From: Candidatus Omnitrophota bacterium
GTDB taxonomy: Bacteria; Omnitrophota; Gorgyraeia; Gorgyraeales; Gorgyraeaceae
Length of the DNA stretch: 63,525 nucleotides
Direction: 5' to 3'
Assembly: GCA_030691625.1 (NCBI GenBank)
Contig: JAUYDX010000078.1
Coordinates: forward strand, 1 to 63,525
The notes under the pieces were generated by a model. That model was not told the origin of the DNA, searched no databases, and saw only the letters and a program-made list of their open reading frames with translations. This document shows positions 23,826 through 35,194 of this stretch, piece by piece (the first letter of the stretch is position 1; every line of letters begins with the position of its first letter). Made by a program: the position numbers and the translations under genes.

Positions 23826-25370
23826 TTATAGTTTTAATTTTGCGGATCCAGGCCTGGTTTTGCGCGAACGGCTGTATATGAGTTTATTTACCGCGTTCAC
23901 ATACGCCTTTGCGCTGGCCTCTATGATGTCTGTGGAGGTGCCCCTGCCGGAAACCTCGTCTTTATTAGACCTTATCCTGACAGTGACCTCTCCCAGGGCA
24001 TCCTTGCCGCTGGTGATAGATTTCAGGGAATAATCCAGGAGCTTGGATTTTAAACCTGTTATGGAGTCTATTGCCTTATAGCAGGCATCTACAGGCCCGT
24101 CTCCGGAAGACGCGCCTTTTAAAATCCTGGCGCCTTTTTTAAGCCCTATAGCAGCCTTAGGCGTTATTTTATTGCCGCTTACAATATTCAGATCCTCCAG
24201 CCTGTAGGTTTCAGGGATAGACACTATGCCGTCTTCCACTATTGAAAAGATGTCTTCGTCAAATATCTCTTTTTTCTTATCAGCGAGCGCCTTAAAATTC
24301 TCAAATGCCTTTAATAATTCCTTTTCATTCAGCTCAAACCCGAGCTTTATCAGCCTGTCGTTAAACGCGTGCCGGCCCGAGTGTTTTCCCAGTACAAGTT
24401 TTGTAGCGCCGAACCCCACGTCCTCTGGCTTTATTATCTCGTAGGTAGAGCGTTTTTTCAAAACCCCGTCCTGATGGATGCCTGCTTCATGGCTGAACGC
24501 GTTTTGGCCCACTATGGCCTTATTCGGCTGGACCACTATGCCTGTGAGCTTACTTACAAGACGGCTGGTTTTACAAAGCTCCCTTTTATTTATTGAGGTT
24601 GTTACGTCGAATATGTCCTTACGCGTATCAATGGCCATTACTATTTCTTCGAGAGATGCGTTTCCTGCCCGCTCGCCTATACCGTTAATAGTGCACTCCA
24701 CCTGTTCCGCGCCATTTTCTATGGCGGAAAGTGAATTGCTGACTCCCAGGCCCAGATCATTGTGGCAATGCACGCTGATAATAGCTTTATCTATATTAGG
24801 GACTCGTGTCTTTATATCTCTTATAAGAGAACCGAACTCTACTGGAATCGCGTAGCCCACTGTGTCAGGGATATTCACGGTCTTCGCGCCTGCTTTTATA
24901 ACAGACTCCACCACCCTGCACAAAAAATCCCTGTCTGAACGCGACGCGTCTTCAGGAGAGAATTCCACATCGTCGCAGAATTTACGCGCGTATCCCACAG
25001 CCCATTCAGCGAGTTTTACTATTTCGGATTCTGCTTTTTTGAGCTTATATTGCATGTGGATCTTTGAGGTGGCCAGAAACACATGTATCCTGGGACGTCT
25101 CGCGGACTTTACTGCCTTTGCGCATGCCTCGATATCAGCTTTTATAGACCGCGCAAGGCCGCAGACAGAAACACTCTTCACAACCCTGGCTACCTTGCTT
25201 ACAGCGTCAAAATCGCCTTTTGAGGCAATAGGAAATCCTGCCTCAATGACGTCCACACCCAGCCTCTCAAGCTGTCTGGCAATCTCTATTTTAGAGTGGC
25301 TGTCCAGGCTCGCGCCTGGAGATTGCTCGCCGTCTCTCAGTGTTGTGTCAAAAATTATAATGCGTTTCAT
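23826..25370 (-). CDS. leuA: 2-isopropylmalate synthase
   Basis: 514 aa with [11 protein letters not shown] and [10 protein letters not shown] motifs. Confidence 0.93.
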   Translation of the reverse strand: MKRIIIFDTTLRDGEQSPGASLDSHSKIEIARQLERLGVDVIEAGFPIASKGDFDAVSKVARVVKSVSVCGLARSIKADIEACAKAVKSARRPRIHVFLATSKIHMQYKLKKAESEIVKLAEWAVGYARKFCDDVEFSPEDASRSDRDFLCRVVESVIKAGAKTVNIPDTVGYAIPVEFGSLIRDIKTRVPNIDKAIISVHCHNDLGLGVSNSLSAIENGAEQVECTINGIGERAGNASLEEIVMAIDTRKDIFDVTTSINKRELCKTSRLVSKLTGIVVQPNKAIVGQNAFSHEAGIHQDGVLKKRSTYEIIKPEDVGFGATKLVLGKHSGRHAFNDRLIKLGFELNEKELLKAFENFKALADKKKEIFDEDIFSIVEDGIVSIPETYRLEDLNIVSGNKITPKAAIGLKKGARILKGASSGDGPVDACYKAIDSITGLKSKLLDYSLKSITSGKDALGEVTVRIRSNKDEVSGRGTSTDIIEASAKAYVNAVNKLIYSRSRKTRPGSAKLKL

Positions 25371-25378
25371 AAATTAGA

Positions 25379-25432
25379 CCATGTCCAACTTCGCAAGTTG
25401 CCCAGATGGGCAACTTGCGAAGTTGGACATGG
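25379..25432. repeat. palindromic element family P1
   Basis: 54-nt near-perfect palindrome CCATGTCCAACTTCGCAAGTTGCCCA-GA-TGGGCAACTTGCGAAGTTGGACATGG, between the leuA start and the ilvC stop. Confidence 0.9.
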
Positions 25433-25441
25433 TAAACATAT

Positions 25442-26434
25442 CTACTTTTTCATCCAAGGCATCATTTCTCTCAATTTCTTCCCCACTGCCTCTATCTGAT
25501 GCTCATCGCCTTCTTTCAATAATTTATTGAAATTGGGCCTGCCAGCCTCGTTCTCCCTGATCCACTCCCTGGCAAATCTTCCTTTCTGCACCTCTTTTAA
25601 AATTTTCTTCATCTCTTTTCTGGTTCTTTCTGTGATAACCCTTTTGCCGCGAGTCAGGTCTCCGTAGCACGCTGTATTAGAAACCTTTCTTCTCATTCCG
25701 GATATTCCATGCTCCTGGATAAGGTCTGTGATAAGTTTTAATTCGTGAAGCACCTCAAAATACGCGATCTCAGGCTGGTAGCCTGCTTCTACTAACGTGT
25801 CAAATCCAGCTTTTATCAGCTCGCTGACTCCTCCGCATAAAACAGCCTGCTCTCCGAAAAGGTCTGTTTCTGTTTCTTCCTTGAACGTTGTTTCTATTAC
25901 GCCTGCTTTGCTAGCGCCAAGGCCTTTAGCATAAGCCAGGGCTAATTTCAAAGCGTTGCCTGTGGCATCCTGATGTATGGCGACTAAAGAAGGGACGCCT
26001 TTACCTTCTTCGTACATCTTTCTCACTAATGCCCCAGGGCCTTTTGGCGCTACCATAAATACATCCACATTCTTTGAAGGCTTTATCTGCTTAAAGTGGA
26101 TATTAAATCCATGAGAGAAGCACAATGCCTTTCCTTTTTTCAAATTCGGCTTTATATATTCCTTATACACCTTTGCCTGCACATGATCCTGGGTCAAGAT
26201 CTGTATTATATCGCCTAACTTAGCGGCCTCATCCACTGGAACAGGTTTAAAACCGTCCGCTACAGCAAGTTTATAATTTTCCGTTCCCTCTAATTCGCTC
26301 ACAACAACCTCTACCCCGCTATCTCTAAGGTTCAAGGCCTGGCCCCTGCCCTGGATCCCGTATCCTATGATAGCTACTTTCTTGCCTTTAAGAATGCTTA
26401 AATCAGCATCCTTGTCATAATAAATCTTCAACAT
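25442..26434 (-). CDS. ilvC: ketol-acid reductoisomerase
   Basis: [17 protein letters not shown] motif. Start trimmed to [12 protein letters not shown] (26434). Confidence 0.92.
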   Translation of the reverse strand: MLKIYYDKDADLSILKGKKVAIIGYGIQGRGQALNLRDSGVEVVVSELEGTENYKLAVADGFKPVPVDEAAKLGDIIQILTQDHVQAKVYKEYIKPNLKKGKALCFSHGFNIHFKQIKPSKNVDVFMVAPKGPGALVRKMYEEGKGVPSLVAIHQDATGNALKLALAYAKGLGASKAGVIETTFKEETETDLFGEQAVLCGGVSELIKAGFDTLVEAGYQPEIAYFEVLHELKLITDLIQEHGISGMRRKVSNTACYGDLTRGKRVITERTRKEMKKILKEVQKGRFAREWIRENEAGRPNFNKLLKEGDEHQIEAVGKKLREMMPWMKK

Positions 26435-26464
26435 TTTGCAACCCCTTTCTTTTTTAACCACCTC

Positions 26465-26499
26465 AACCTCGTAGGTTGCCAAAGGCAACCTACGAGGTT
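26465..26499. repeat. palindromic element family P4
   Basis: 16-bp perfect arms AACCTCGTAGGTTGCC / GGCAACCTACGAGGTT with a 3-nt loop. It shares the flanking ACCACCTC with the copy at 7576-7619. Confidence 0.9.
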
Positions 26500-26500
26500 T

Positions 26501-26974
26501 CTATTTAGAAATTGCGATTCTTCCGCTTCTGACAAGCTCTTTTATGCCGAACTGTTTTAAGCTGTCCAAAAGCGCCTTGATCTCAGTCTGGTCGCCAAGC
26601 ATCTCAATAATAACAAAGCCCGCAGTTTTCTGGACTATCTTAGCCCCGGTTTTAGCGATAGAGTTTTCAAACTTAGCTTTATCTTTCTGGGAATAGCTGA
26701 CCTTAGCGAGCACCAGCTCTCTGTCCACGTGAGCTTTTTTAGTGAAATCAGTAACGCTGATAATATCTATAAGCTTATTGAGCTGTTTTTTTATCTGCTC
26801 CAGTATCTTCTCGTCCTCTGCCTCCACCACCATTGTCATGTACGATATAGTCGGGTCCATGGTCTCTGACACAGCGAGCGAAGCGATATTGTAACCGCGC
26901 GCGCTGAAAAGACCAGCTATTCTCGCCAGCACCCCGAACCTGTTTTCAACTAAAACTGATATTGTATGCCTCAT
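26501..26974 (-). CDS. ilvN: acetolactate synthase small (regulatory) subunit
   Basis: 157 aa with the ACT domain HTISVLVENRFGVLARIAGLFSARGYNI. Confidence 0.9.
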   Translation of the reverse strand: MRHTISVLVENRFGVLARIAGLFSARGYNIASLAVSETMDPTISYMTMVVEAEDEKILEQIKKQLNKLIDIISVTDFTKKAHVDRELVLAKVSYSQKDKAKFENSIAKTGAKIVQKTAGFVIIEMLGDQTEIKALLDSLKQFGIKELVRSGRIAISK

Positions 26975-28656
26975 TACGCAAGCCCCTCTATCATCCTGTT
27001 CAATGCCTCGCCCGCAGGCACCATGGGATACACGTTTTCCTCTTCCTCTACCTTAAAATCTATAAACACGGTATTATCTATGGATATGGCTTTTTCAATC
27101 GCTTTACGGACATCTTCTTTTTTAGTGACTCGTATTCCCACTGCGCCGTAAGCCTCAGCCAGTTTCACAAAATCAGGGTTCACGAGAGTAGTATGAGAAT
27201 ATCTCTTTTTATAAAATAATTCCTGCCACTGCCTCACCATGCCGAGATAGCCGTTATTGAGTATCGCGACCTTCACATGTATCTTATTGCACACGCAAGT
27301 GGCAAGTTCCTGTATATTCATCTGTATTGACCCATCTCCTGCTATGTCAAAAACTATCGCGTCCGGCTTTCCTACCTTTGCTCCCATTGCCGCAGGAAGA
27401 CCAAACCCCATGGTGCCCAGCCCTCCCGACGATAAAAAGGTGCGCGGATAATCATATTTATACCACTGGGCAGCCCACATCTGGTTCTGGCCCACCTCTG
27501 TGGTGATGATAGCGTTTCCTTTAGTGGCCTCATAAATCTGTTCCACCACATACTGCGGTTTTATTACGTCTTTTTTGTCCTGGTATTTAAGCGGGTATTT
27601 TTTCTTCCAGGCCTCAATAGTCTTCAGCCACTCGGATGTATCAGGAAGTTTATCTATATCCTCCAACAGCTGGCCTAAAATGTTTTTCGCGTCGCCCACA
27701 ACAGGTATATCCACTCTGACATTTTTACTTATGGAAGTGGGATCGATGTCAATATGTATGACCTTGGCGTAAGGAGCGAATTTATCCAGGCGGCCAGTAA
27801 CCCTGTCGTCAAACCTGGCGCCCACAGCAATAATAAGGTCGGATTCCATGATAGCGTGATTCGCGTAGGCTGTGCCGTGCATGCCGAGCATACCGAGAGA
27901 AAGTTTATGCGTGGCTGGAAAGCACCCTATTCCCATTAGCGTCCATGTAACAGGCGCGTTGAGTTTTTCAGCAAGTTTCCTTAATTCGCGGTAGGCCTCT
28001 GATGTTATGACTCCGCCCCCAGCGTAAATCAGGGGTTTTTTGGAAGAGGCAATGAGTTTGGCTGCCTTTTTAATCTGACCTGGATGTCCAAACGAGGTCG
28101 GCTTGTAACTTCTGATAGAGACCTCTTCTGGCCATATGAATTCTGTTTCCTGCTGTTGGATATCGGATGGGATATCTATCAGGACTGGGCCAGGACGGCC
28201 GCTAGAAGCTATATAAAAAGCCTCGCGGATAGTCTTTGCCAGTTCCTTTACATCTTTAACAAGAAAATTATGTTTTGTTATAGACCGCGTAACGCCTGTG
28301 ACATCCGCTTCCTGGAACGCGTCGTTACCGATCAGAAAACTTTTAACCTGGCCTGTGATAGCTACCATGGGTATAGAGTCCATATACGCGTTGGCAATGC
28401 CCGTGGTAAGATTTGTGGCGCCTGGCCCTGATGTGGCAAGGCACACACCCACCTTTCCTGTGGCGCGGCTGTATCCGTCCGCAGCGTGGGCAGCTCCCTG
28501 CTCGTGCCTGGGCAGGATAAACTTTATATCAGCGTCGTATAAGGCATCAAATATGGGCAGGACCTGACCCCCGGGATAGCCGAATATAACCTCGACTCCC
28601 TCTTTTTTAAGCGATTCTATTAATATTTTCGCGCCGTTTAATTTCATAATATTCAT
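26974..28656 (-). CDS. ilvB: acetolactate synthase large subunit
   Basis: 560 aa with the ThDP motif [12 protein letters not shown]...NNGYLGMV. Confidence 0.93.
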   Translation of the reverse strand: MNIMKLNGAKILIESLKKEGVEVIFGYPGGQVLPIFDALYDADIKFILPRHEQGAAHAADGYSRATGKVGVCLATSGPGATNLTTGIANAYMDSIPMVAITGQVKSFLIGNDAFQEADVTGVTRSITKHNFLVKDVKELAKTIREAFYIASSGRPGPVLIDIPSDIQQQETEFIWPEEVSIRSYKPTSFGHPGQIKKAAKLIASSKKPLIYAGGGVITSEAYRELRKLAEKLNAPVTWTLMGIGCFPATHKLSLGMLGMHGTAYANHAIMESDLIIAVGARFDDRVTGRLDKFAPYAKVIHIDIDPTSISKNVRVDIPVVGDAKNILGQLLEDIDKLPDTSEWLKTIEAWKKKYPLKYQDKKDVIKPQYVVEQIYEATKGNAIITTEVGQNQMWAAQWYKYDYPRTFLSSGGLGTMGFGLPAAMGAKVGKPDAIVFDIAGDGSIQMNIQELATCVCNKIHVKVAILNNGYLGMVRQWQELFYKKRYSHTTLVNPDFVKLAEAYGAVGIRVTKKEDVRKAIEKAISIDNTVFIDFKVEEEENVYPMVPAGEALNRMIEGLA

Positions 28657-28662
28657 TGCATG

Positions 28663-28741
28663 TTCTCGACTCGTCCCGATACATCGGGACTCGCTCGAAC
28701 AATATTCTTCGAGCGAACGAGCGAAGCGAGTGAGTCGAGAA
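28663..28741. repeat. composite palindromic element family P3
   Basis: TTCTCGACTCGTCCCGATACATCGGGACTCGCTCGAACAATATTCTTCGAGCGAACGAGCGAAGCGAGTGAGTCGAGAA, between the ilvB start and the ilvD stop. Confidence 0.85.
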
Positions 28742-28747
28742 GTCTAA

Positions 28748-30400
28748 TTACTCCAACACCGCGCCTTTGGACGCGGACGACACCATGCGGCTGTATCTTG
28801 AAAGCCATCCGGCTGTAACCCTGGGCCTTGGCGCCTTCCATTTTTTAAGGCGGTTCTCTATTTCAGATTTTGGCAGATCAACATCCATGCGCCTGTTTTT
28901 TATATCTATCGTAATTACGTCATTATCCCTGATAACAGCTATTGGCCCGCCTTTACTTGCCTCCGGAGAAACATGGCCTATGCACGGCCCGCGCGTGCCT
29001 CCTGAAAATCTTCCGTCTGTCACGAGCGCCACGTCATTTGCCAGGCCCATGCCCACTATCGCAGACGTAGGAGAAAGCATCTCCCGCATGCCAGGGCCGC
29101 CTGCAGGGCCCTCGTATCTGATAACAACCACATTACCTGTTTTTATCTTGCCGCCGAGTATCGCGGACATCGCCTCTTCTTCTGAATCAAAGACCTTTGC
29201 AGAGCCCTGGAAAAACATTGCCTCTTCGCTCACCGCGCCCTGCTTCACCACGCTTCCTTCAGGCGCGATATTGCCTTTTAATATGGCAATGCCGCCTTCT
29301 GCCTTGTAAGGATTATCCAGAGGCCTTATTACTTCTTCGTCGCTGACCTTGCTGAACCTCGCTATCTCTTTTATTGAAAGTCCGCTGACAGTGGGATTAT
29401 CATTTAATTTTGTTTCCAGCTGTTTTAAGACGCCCGGGATGCCGCCTGCAACTTCAAGGTCCTCGAGAAAATATTCTCCTCCAGGCCTTAAATCACATAT
29501 CTTAGGCGTAACCCTGCTGATCTTATCGAAAACATCCAAGGGAAGCACTATTCCCGCGTCTCTAGCTATTGCCGTAAGATGTAAAACAGTATTTGTGGAT
29601 CCGCCAAGAGCCATATCCACCATTATAGCGTTCAAGAACGCCTTTTTATTCATGATAGAGCGCGGCTTCACGTTTTTTGAGACAAGCTCCACTATCCTTT
29701 TACCGCTCTCAAACGCTATCCTCATTTTTTTACTGGACACTGCCAGAGACGAGGCGCATCCTATTAAAGACATGCCCATTGTCTCTGTGAGACAGCTCAT
29801 TGTATTGGCTGTGAAAAGCCCCTGGCACGAACCAGGCCCTGGGCAGGCGTTCATCTCAAGCTCGTCCATATCTTCCTTTGATATCTCGCCCTTTTTGAAT
29901 TTTCCAACAGCTTCAAAAGTGTCCCTCACCAGGTCCAGGCGTCTTCCTTTATAATTACCTGTTAACATAGGGCCGGCTGTAACAACAATAGTGGGTATAT
30001 TCATCCTGGCGCATGCCATTAGCATACCGGGAGTGATCTTATCGCAATTCGTCAGAAGCACGAGGCCGTCCAGCGAATACGCGCCCGCAATAGTCTCCAC
30101 CATGTCAGCTATAAGCTCCCTTGAGGCAAGAGAATACCTCATGCCTGCGTGGCCCATTGCAATACCGTCGCAGATTCCTGGTATGCCGAAAACAAAAGGC
30201 TTTCCCCCGCCCGCGTAGACACCGTTTTCAATGGAACGCTCCAGGGTCCGCATATGCATATGGCCGGGTATCAGGTCAGTAAAGCTTGACGCTACGCCAA
30301 TAAAAGGTTTTTTAAGATCGCTGCAGCACGCGCCCAGCGCGTATAAAAGCGCCCTGTTGCCTGCCTTTGAAATGCCTTTCCTGATAATATCGCTCCTCAT
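28748..30400 (-). CDS. ilvD: dihydroxy-acid dehydratase
   Basis: 550 aa with [11 protein letters not shown] and [11 protein letters not shown] motifs. Confidence 0.93.
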   Translation of the reverse strand: MRSDIIRKGISKAGNRALLYALGACCSDLKKPFIGVASSFTDLIPGHMHMRTLERSIENGVYAGGGKPFVFGIPGICDGIAMGHAGMRYSLASRELIADMVETIAGAYSLDGLVLLTNCDKITPGMLMACARMNIPTIVVTAGPMLTGNYKGRRLDLVRDTFEAVGKFKKGEISKEDMDELEMNACPGPGSCQGLFTANTMSCLTETMGMSLIGCASSLAVSSKKMRIAFESGKRIVELVSKNVKPRSIMNKKAFLNAIMVDMALGGSTNTVLHLTAIARDAGIVLPLDVFDKISRVTPKICDLRPGGEYFLEDLEVAGGIPGVLKQLETKLNDNPTVSGLSIKEIARFSKVSDEEVIRPLDNPYKAEGGIAILKGNIAPEGSVVKQGAVSEEAMFFQGSAKVFDSEEEAMSAILGGKIKTGNVVVIRYEGPAGGPGMREMLSPTSAIVGMGLANDVALVTDGRFSGGTRGPCIGHVSPEASKGGPIAVIRDNDVITIDIKNRRMDVDLPKSEIENRLKKWKAPRPRVTAGWLSRYSRMVSSASKGAVLE

Positions 30401-30409
30401 ACAGCACCC

Positions 30410-31384
30410 CTACATAATTTCTATCTTTGCGTTTTTCTTAAGGGATTCTACGGTTTTATTTATCGCGTCCCTTTTCTGCTTATTCAGCAGGAATTGCCCT
30501 ATGTCATTCGAAACCTCTTCATACGTCAGGGTATGGGCCGCTTTTTTATCAGTTACCTTTATTATATGGTACCCGAACTGCGTCTCAACCACCGGGCTGA
30601 GCTGGTCTTTTTCCAGTCCAAACGCAGCGTCTTCAAAAGCCTTTGCCATATCGCCTCTCCCGAAAAAATCCAGGTCGCCTCCGTTCTGCGCTGAGCCGTC
30701 TTCTGAATTTTCCTTTGCCAGCTTCGCGAAATCCTCGCCTGACATGATCTTTGCCCTTATGGAATCTATTTTCTCTCTTGCGATTTTCTTCTGTTCAGGC
30801 GTAGCCTTCTCATCGAACTTTATAAGTATGTGGCTCGCCCTCACCTGTTCCGGTATATTTAACTTATCCTTATTGGCGTCGTATTCCTTTTTCTTCTCAT
30901 CTTCCGGCACAGGAGGCAATTTAGAAAACACGTCCTTCTGCAGGTACGCGTTTATATAAACGCCTTTTTTTACGTCTTCTTTCAGGTCATTGATGTTTAT
31001 ACCCTTGTCCTTAAGGGTCTTCTGAAATTCCTCTTCAGAGCCAAAGCCTTTCTTGATGTTCTCCATCTGAGCATCCACATCCTTTGTCAGGTTTCCCAAC
31101 CCTGCCTTCTGGCTCGTCTGATATAATACTTCAGCGGAAATAAGCTCATTTAAGATGTCTTTTCTCAATTTATCCTTGTCCTCGTCCTTTACAGCCTGGC
31201 CGAACATCTTCTGGTTCTCTATAAAATTATTAAGCGCTGTGTCGAGCGTTGCTGCCTTTATAGCCACGCCGTTCACCTTTGCCGCAAGTCCGTCCTTTTT
31301 AGGGGCTGCATTACAAGATACAACGCAGATTAACCCAATCGCCGCTACTACTACTGCCGCCAACCAGCTATTCCTGATACGCAT
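30410..31384 (-). CDS. parvulin-type peptidyl-prolyl isomerase (SurA/PrsA-like), probable lipoprotein
   Basis: 324 aa with a signal sequence and lipobox-like VVSC. The parvulin core is ASHILIKF...FGYHIIKV. Confidence 0.8.
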   Translation of the reverse strand: MRIRNSWLAAVVVAAIGLICVVSCNAAPKKDGLAAKVNGVAIKAATLDTALNNFIENQKMFGQAVKDEDKDKLRKDILNELISAEVLYQTSQKAGLGNLTKDVDAQMENIKKGFGSEEEFQKTLKDKGININDLKEDVKKGVYINAYLQKDVFSKLPPVPEDEKKKEYDANKDKLNIPEQVRASHILIKFDEKATPEQKKIAREKIDSIRAKIMSGEDFAKLAKENSEDGSAQNGGDLDFFGRGDMAKAFEDAAFGLEKDQLSPVVETQFGYHIIKVTDKKAAHTLTYEEVSNDIGQFLLNKQKRDAINKTVESLKKNAKIEIM

Positions 31385-31483
31385 GATATCACCCTTTCTA
31401 TGGCCGGTTTAATATCTTTGGCCATTAGTGTTTTATTATCCCATTTTAAGAGATAAAATTCAATACAATTTTTCCCCGCTCTC

Positions 31484-31526
31484 AACAACTTGACACTTGT
31501 AACAATGTTACAAGTGTCAAGTTGTT
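31484..31526. repeat. palindromic element family P2 (AACAACTTGACACTTGTAAC-AAT-GTTACAAGTGTCAAGTTGTT)
   Basis: 20-bp perfect arms with a 3-nt loop, upstream of the PPIase gene and downstream of greA. Confidence 0.9.
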
Positions 31527-31533
31527 TGAAGAG

Positions 31534-32010
31534 TTATTGCCTAGAGATGGCTATTATCTTGTATTTCAGCGCGCCCGCTGGCACCTTTATATTGACTATG
31601 TCCCCTATCTTGCACCCAAGAAGCGCCCTGCCCACAGGAGACGAGATAGAAATCTTACCCTGGGCATAGTCAGCCTCATCCTCCGTAACCAGCATATACT
31701 GAATTTCTTCTTTGGAGTCAATATCTACAAGTTTCAATGTAGCTCCTATATATGCCTTATCCGAAGATATGTTCTCGTTATCCAGTATCCTGGCTGTCAG
31801 TATCTTCTGCTCCAGTTCTCTGATCCTTTTCTCATTTATCGCCTGGGACTGTTTGGCGGAATCGTATTCAGCGTTCTCGCTAAGGTCTCCCATCTGCCTG
31901 GCCTTTTCAAGCGCTACGGCTATCTCTTTACGCTTTACAGTCTTAAGCGTTTTCAATTCATCCTTGAGCTTGTCGCACCCATCTCTTGTTAAAAAAGTGC
32001 CTTCAGACAT
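31534..32010 (-). CDS. greA: transcription elongation factor GreA
   Basis: 158 aa with the GDLSENAEYD motif. Confidence 0.92.
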   Translation of the reverse strand: MSEGTFLTRDGCDKLKDELKTLKTVKRKEIAVALEKARQMGDLSENAEYDSAKQSQAINEKRIRELEQKILTARILDNENISSDKAYIGATLKLVDIDSKEEIQYMLVTEDEADYAQGKISISSPVGRALLGCKIGDIVNIKVPAGALKYKIIAISRQ

Positions 32011-32022
32011 GCTGACCCCTTT

Positions 32023-33135
32023 CTATTTATATATCCTTGGGACGCGGCGGCCTATATTGCACAATATCTCATATGATATGGTCTTTATAAGCCTTGCCAG
32101 CTCTTCTGCCCTTATTATCTCATTTCCCTGACTGCCTATAAGGACCACCTCATCCCCTACTTTCACATCCTTTAAGCGGCTCACGTCCACCATGCACATA
32201 TCCATGCATACCCTGCCGATTATCGGGCATCTTCTACCGCTCACCAAGACGCTTGCCCTATTAGAAAAGTGCCTTGAATATCCGTCGCCGTAACCAACCG
32301 GTATTGTGGCGATCTTTGTAGGCCTGGAAGTTACGTAAGTCATGCCGTAACTTATAGTGCGGCCTTTTGGCGCTGATTTCAGATAAGTAATCTTTGTTTT
32401 CAGGGCCAGCGCAGGCCTCAAAAGTATGTTTTTCATAAGGCTCGGCTTAGGGTATATACCATACATCATGAGGCCGGGCCTCACCATATTCATATGACTG
32501 TCCTTAAAATCAATGAGCGCCATGCTGTTTGCAGTGTGCTTCACGGGTATGCGTATGTTATTATCCCGCAGGCCTTCTGCGAGGCGCTTAAAATTCCTTA
32601 TCTGGTTGTATGTGAATACCCTGTCTGCCTCGGCATTTGGAAAATGCGTGAATATCCCGTCTATAATAATATTCTTAAGCCTGGATATTTTTTTTATAAA
32701 CCCTATTGCCTCTTCGTGCCAGAACCCCAGGCGGCCCATGCCCGTATCCACCTTTATATGCACCCTGACCTTTTTATTTTTCGACTGAGCCAGCCTGGAA
32801 AGCCTGAGAGGTATGTCCAGGTCTGAAACTGTCTGGATCGTATTTAATTTCAGCACGCCTTCTATTTCTTCGGGCAGGATAGCTCCTATAACAAGCACGG
32901 GTTTTTTTATGCCTATCTGGCGCAAGATAGCTGCCTCGTCAAGGGAAGCAACCCCAAAATAATCCACGTAGTCGCTGATGGCCTTTGAAACCTCCCGCAT
33001 GCCATGGCCATAAGCATCCGCCTTTACCACCCCGAGTATCTTTGTATCTCCCTTAACAATATGGCTGACTATCTCCAGATTGTGGCGAATAGCTTCCAGA
33101 TCTATTTCCGCAAATGTAGGCCTGTAAAATCTCAT
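32023..33135 (-). CDS. alr: alanine racemase
   Basis: 370 aa with the VVKADAYGHG PLP-lysine motif. Confidence 0.92.
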   Translation of the reverse strand: MRFYRPTFAEIDLEAIRHNLEIVSHIVKGDTKILGVVKADAYGHGMREVSKAISDYVDYFGVASLDEAAILRQIGIKKPVLVIGAILPEEIEGVLKLNTIQTVSDLDIPLRLSRLAQSKNKKVRVHIKVDTGMGRLGFWHEEAIGFIKKISRLKNIIIDGIFTHFPNAEADRVFTYNQIRNFKRLAEGLRDNNIRIPVKHTANSMALIDFKDSHMNMVRPGLMMYGIYPKPSLMKNILLRPALALKTKITYLKSAPKGRTISYGMTYVTSRPTKIATIPVGYGDGYSRHFSNRASVLVSGRRCPIIGRVCMDMCMVDVSRLKDVKVGDEVVLIGSQGNEIIRAEELARLIKTISYEILCNIGRRVPRIYK

Positions 33136-33809
33136 GGCTTTTTCACCTGACAGTCTTCAGGATAGAGGTACAAAGGAACAAGCTTAGCCAGATCCGGTTT
33201 TTTGGCTTTCTTAATTTTTGACAGCCCGAGTTTTATAAGATTCCCCGCGCATGGATACCAATATTTATCTTCCAGAAAAACAGCTTCCTTATTAAGGCTT
33301 TTTATTTTATCTTTATAAAGGACAAGGCCATCGCCTAAAAAAACAGCCCGGCCTTTTACCTTTTTCATTAATTTCTCCACGGATAATAAAAGATACTCTG
33401 TTTTTCTTTCAAGACGTCCGCCTTTTTTACAATAAATAGCGGCGTACACCTGTTCTCTTTTCGCGTCTATCACGGGGATAATAGCAACGCCATCTTTAAC
33501 AGCATTAAGCGCGATCGCATCAATACTCGCTACGCCAATGCACGGCTTTCCGGTAGCTATGCCGAAACCTTTTACCGCGCTCACGCCTATTCTAAGTCCC
33601 GTAAAAGACCCTGGCCCAAGCCCTATCACAAATGCGTCTATCTTTTTTACCAGTACCCTGGACCTTTTCAGGAGTTCTTTTATCTTTGGCACAAGTTCGC
33701 TGGAATGCGTCCTGTCCAGTAGAAAAGATTCTTCTTTTATTATATCGCTGTCTTCTGCCAGGGCTATATTAAGAAATTTCGAGCTTGTGTCAATCCCTAA
33801 TATCTTCAA
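33132..33809 (-). CDS. tsaB: tRNA t6A37 biosynthesis protein TsaB
   Basis: 225 aa with ILGIDTSS and GPGSFTGLRIG motifs. Confidence 0.88.
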   Translation of the reverse strand: MKILGIDTSSKFLNIALAEDSDIIKEESFLLDRTHSSELVPKIKELLKRSRVLVKKIDAFVIGLGPGSFTGLRIGVSAVKGFGIATGKPCIGVASIDAIALNAVKDGVAIIPVIDAKREQVYAAIYCKKGGRLERKTEYLLLSVEKLMKKVKGRAVFLGDGLVLYKDKIKSLNKEAVFLEDKYWYPCAGNLIKLGLSKIKKAKKPDLAKLVPLYLYPEDCQVKKP

Positions 33810-34209
33810 TCACTACCTCTCTCTTGTCTCCGCTTTTCAGCTTCAGCTTTACGGAGATGCGCTTTTCAGGAAGAAGACATTCCATTTTCTCAGCCCATTC
33901 TATTACTGTAACCCAGTCTCCGTATATATATTCCTCTATTGCCAGGTCTTCTATATCCTTTAAGTCATCCAGCCTGTAAAGATCAATGTGGCACACCGGA
34001 ACCCTGCCCCTGTATTCTTTTATAAGCACAAAAGTAGGGCTATTTATACGCGACGGGTCCTTTACGCCAAGGCCCCTGCCAATGCCTTTAGTAAATGTGG
34101 TCTTGCCGCTCCCGAGATTTCCGTAAAGCGCCACCACGTCTCCCGGCATCAGCTTCTTAGCCAGCTTTTCTCCAATCGCCATTGTCTCTTCCGCGCTATT
34201 TGTTATCAT
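33790..34209 (-). CDS. tsaE: tRNA t6A37 biosynthesis ATPase TsaE
   Basis: 139 aa with the GNLGSGKTTF P-loop. Confidence 0.88.
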   Translation of the reverse strand: MITNSAEETMAIGEKLAKKLMPGDVVALYGNLGSGKTTFTKGIGRGLGVKDPSRINSPTFVLIKEYRGRVPVCHIDLYRLDDLKDIEDLAIEEYIYGDWVTVIEWAEKMECLLPEKRISVKLKLKSGDKREVVIEDIRD

Positions 34210-34224
34210 ACTTCAATATTATTC

Positions 34225-34279
34225 TTCTCGACTTCGCTCGAAGAATAATATTGTTCGAGCGAGCGAAGCGAGTCGAGAA
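34225..34279. repeat. composite palindromic element family P3 (short form)
   Basis: TTCTCGACTTCGCTCGAAGAATAATATTGTTCGAGCGAGCGAAGCGAGTCGAGAA, between the tsaE start and the thiL stop. Confidence 0.85.
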
Positions 34280-34282
34280 CTG

Positions 34283-35194
34283 TTAGAAATGAGTAAAGCC
34301 AATGGGTTCAACCCGCTCTGATTTGCCGTTCTTTCTTATAAGATAAAAGCCTCTGCGCTTATTTAATATTGTACCGATCCTGGAAAGCCTTGTTTTAAAA
34401 GGCCATTTATCCTCTAACCTAGCCGCATGCCTTTCAGGCAATGTAAAAATAAGCTCAAAATCCTCTCCATCCCTGACGCCTGAATCAAACCCTTTAGTAG
34501 CTTTAGAAATAGGCACGCTGTTTTCCAATATCATTGCGCCTTTACTACTCTCCTGGAGTATGTGCCCCAGGTCAGCCAGAAGCCCGTCAGATACATCTAT
34601 CATTGAATTTATCTTGAAGTTCTTTACTAAAAATCTCGCCTCTTTAATACGCGGTGTAAAATTAAGGTGCTTTCCTTTTATTGAACCGCCTATGCAGCCT
34701 GTGACAAATATGGCGTCGTTTTCTTTTGCCCCGCTTCTTAATACTAAATTTTCTTTTTCCACCTCTCCTATAAGCGCGATATTTATAACTATCTTTTCTG
34801 AGCTGACAGTGTCGCCTCCCACTAAATCAATTCCAAACATTCTAGCGGCTCTTTTTATGCCTCTATATAATCCATCAGCATATCTTAAATCCAGACCGCC
34901 TGGCATGCCTATTGAAATTACGCTGAACTTAGGCGTTCCGCCCATTGCGGCAATGTCGCTTATATTAGAAGATAGCGCCTTTTCTCCCACTGATTCCGGC
35001 CTGGAGCTTCTGTAAAAATGCGCTCCCTCAACCAGCATATCAGTTGTAAAAAGCAGGAACTTATCTTTTTTGTATTTCAAAACAGCTGCGTCGTCGCCAA
35101 TGCCCTTTATAACCCTGGAAGACAATCTAATATCCTTCCCGATCCTCTCTATGAATTTAAATTCGCCTAAATCTTTTAATTTCATAAACTCCAT
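34283..35194 (-). CDS. thiL: thiamine-monophosphate kinase
   Basis: 303 aa with GIGDDAAVL and an AIR-synthase-like fold pattern. The start may be the MKLKDL Met at 35185. Confidence 0.85.
   Translation of the reverse strand: MEFMKLKDLGEFKFIERIGKDIRLSSRVIKGIGDDAAVLKYKKDKFLLFTTDMLVEGAHFYRSSRPESVGEKALSSNISDIAAMGGTPKFSVISIGMPGGLDLRYADGLYRGIKRAARMFGIDLVGGDTVSSEKIVINIALIGEVEKENLVLRSGAKENDAIFVTGCIGGSIKGKHLNFTPRIKEARFLVKNFKINSMIDVSDGLLADLGHILQESSKGAMILENSVPISKATKGFDSGVRDGEDFELIFTLPERHAARLEDKWPFKTRLSRIGTILNKRRGFYLIRKNGKSERVEPIGFTHF

Noticed and set aside
28653-28841. 62-aa minus-strand ORF between ilvB and ilvD.
   Set aside because: It is composed almost entirely of the P3 composite repeat plus the ilvD 3' end in another frame, so it is not a gene.
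31385-31483. Roughly 100-nt gap upstream of the PPIase gene, and other gaps (49383-49445, 19724-19760), inspected for riboswitches, T-boxes or small RNAs.
   Set aside because: No conserved riboswitch/T-box cores or convincing structured motifs are visible beyond the catalogued palindromes. This cannot be excluded without covariance-model searches.
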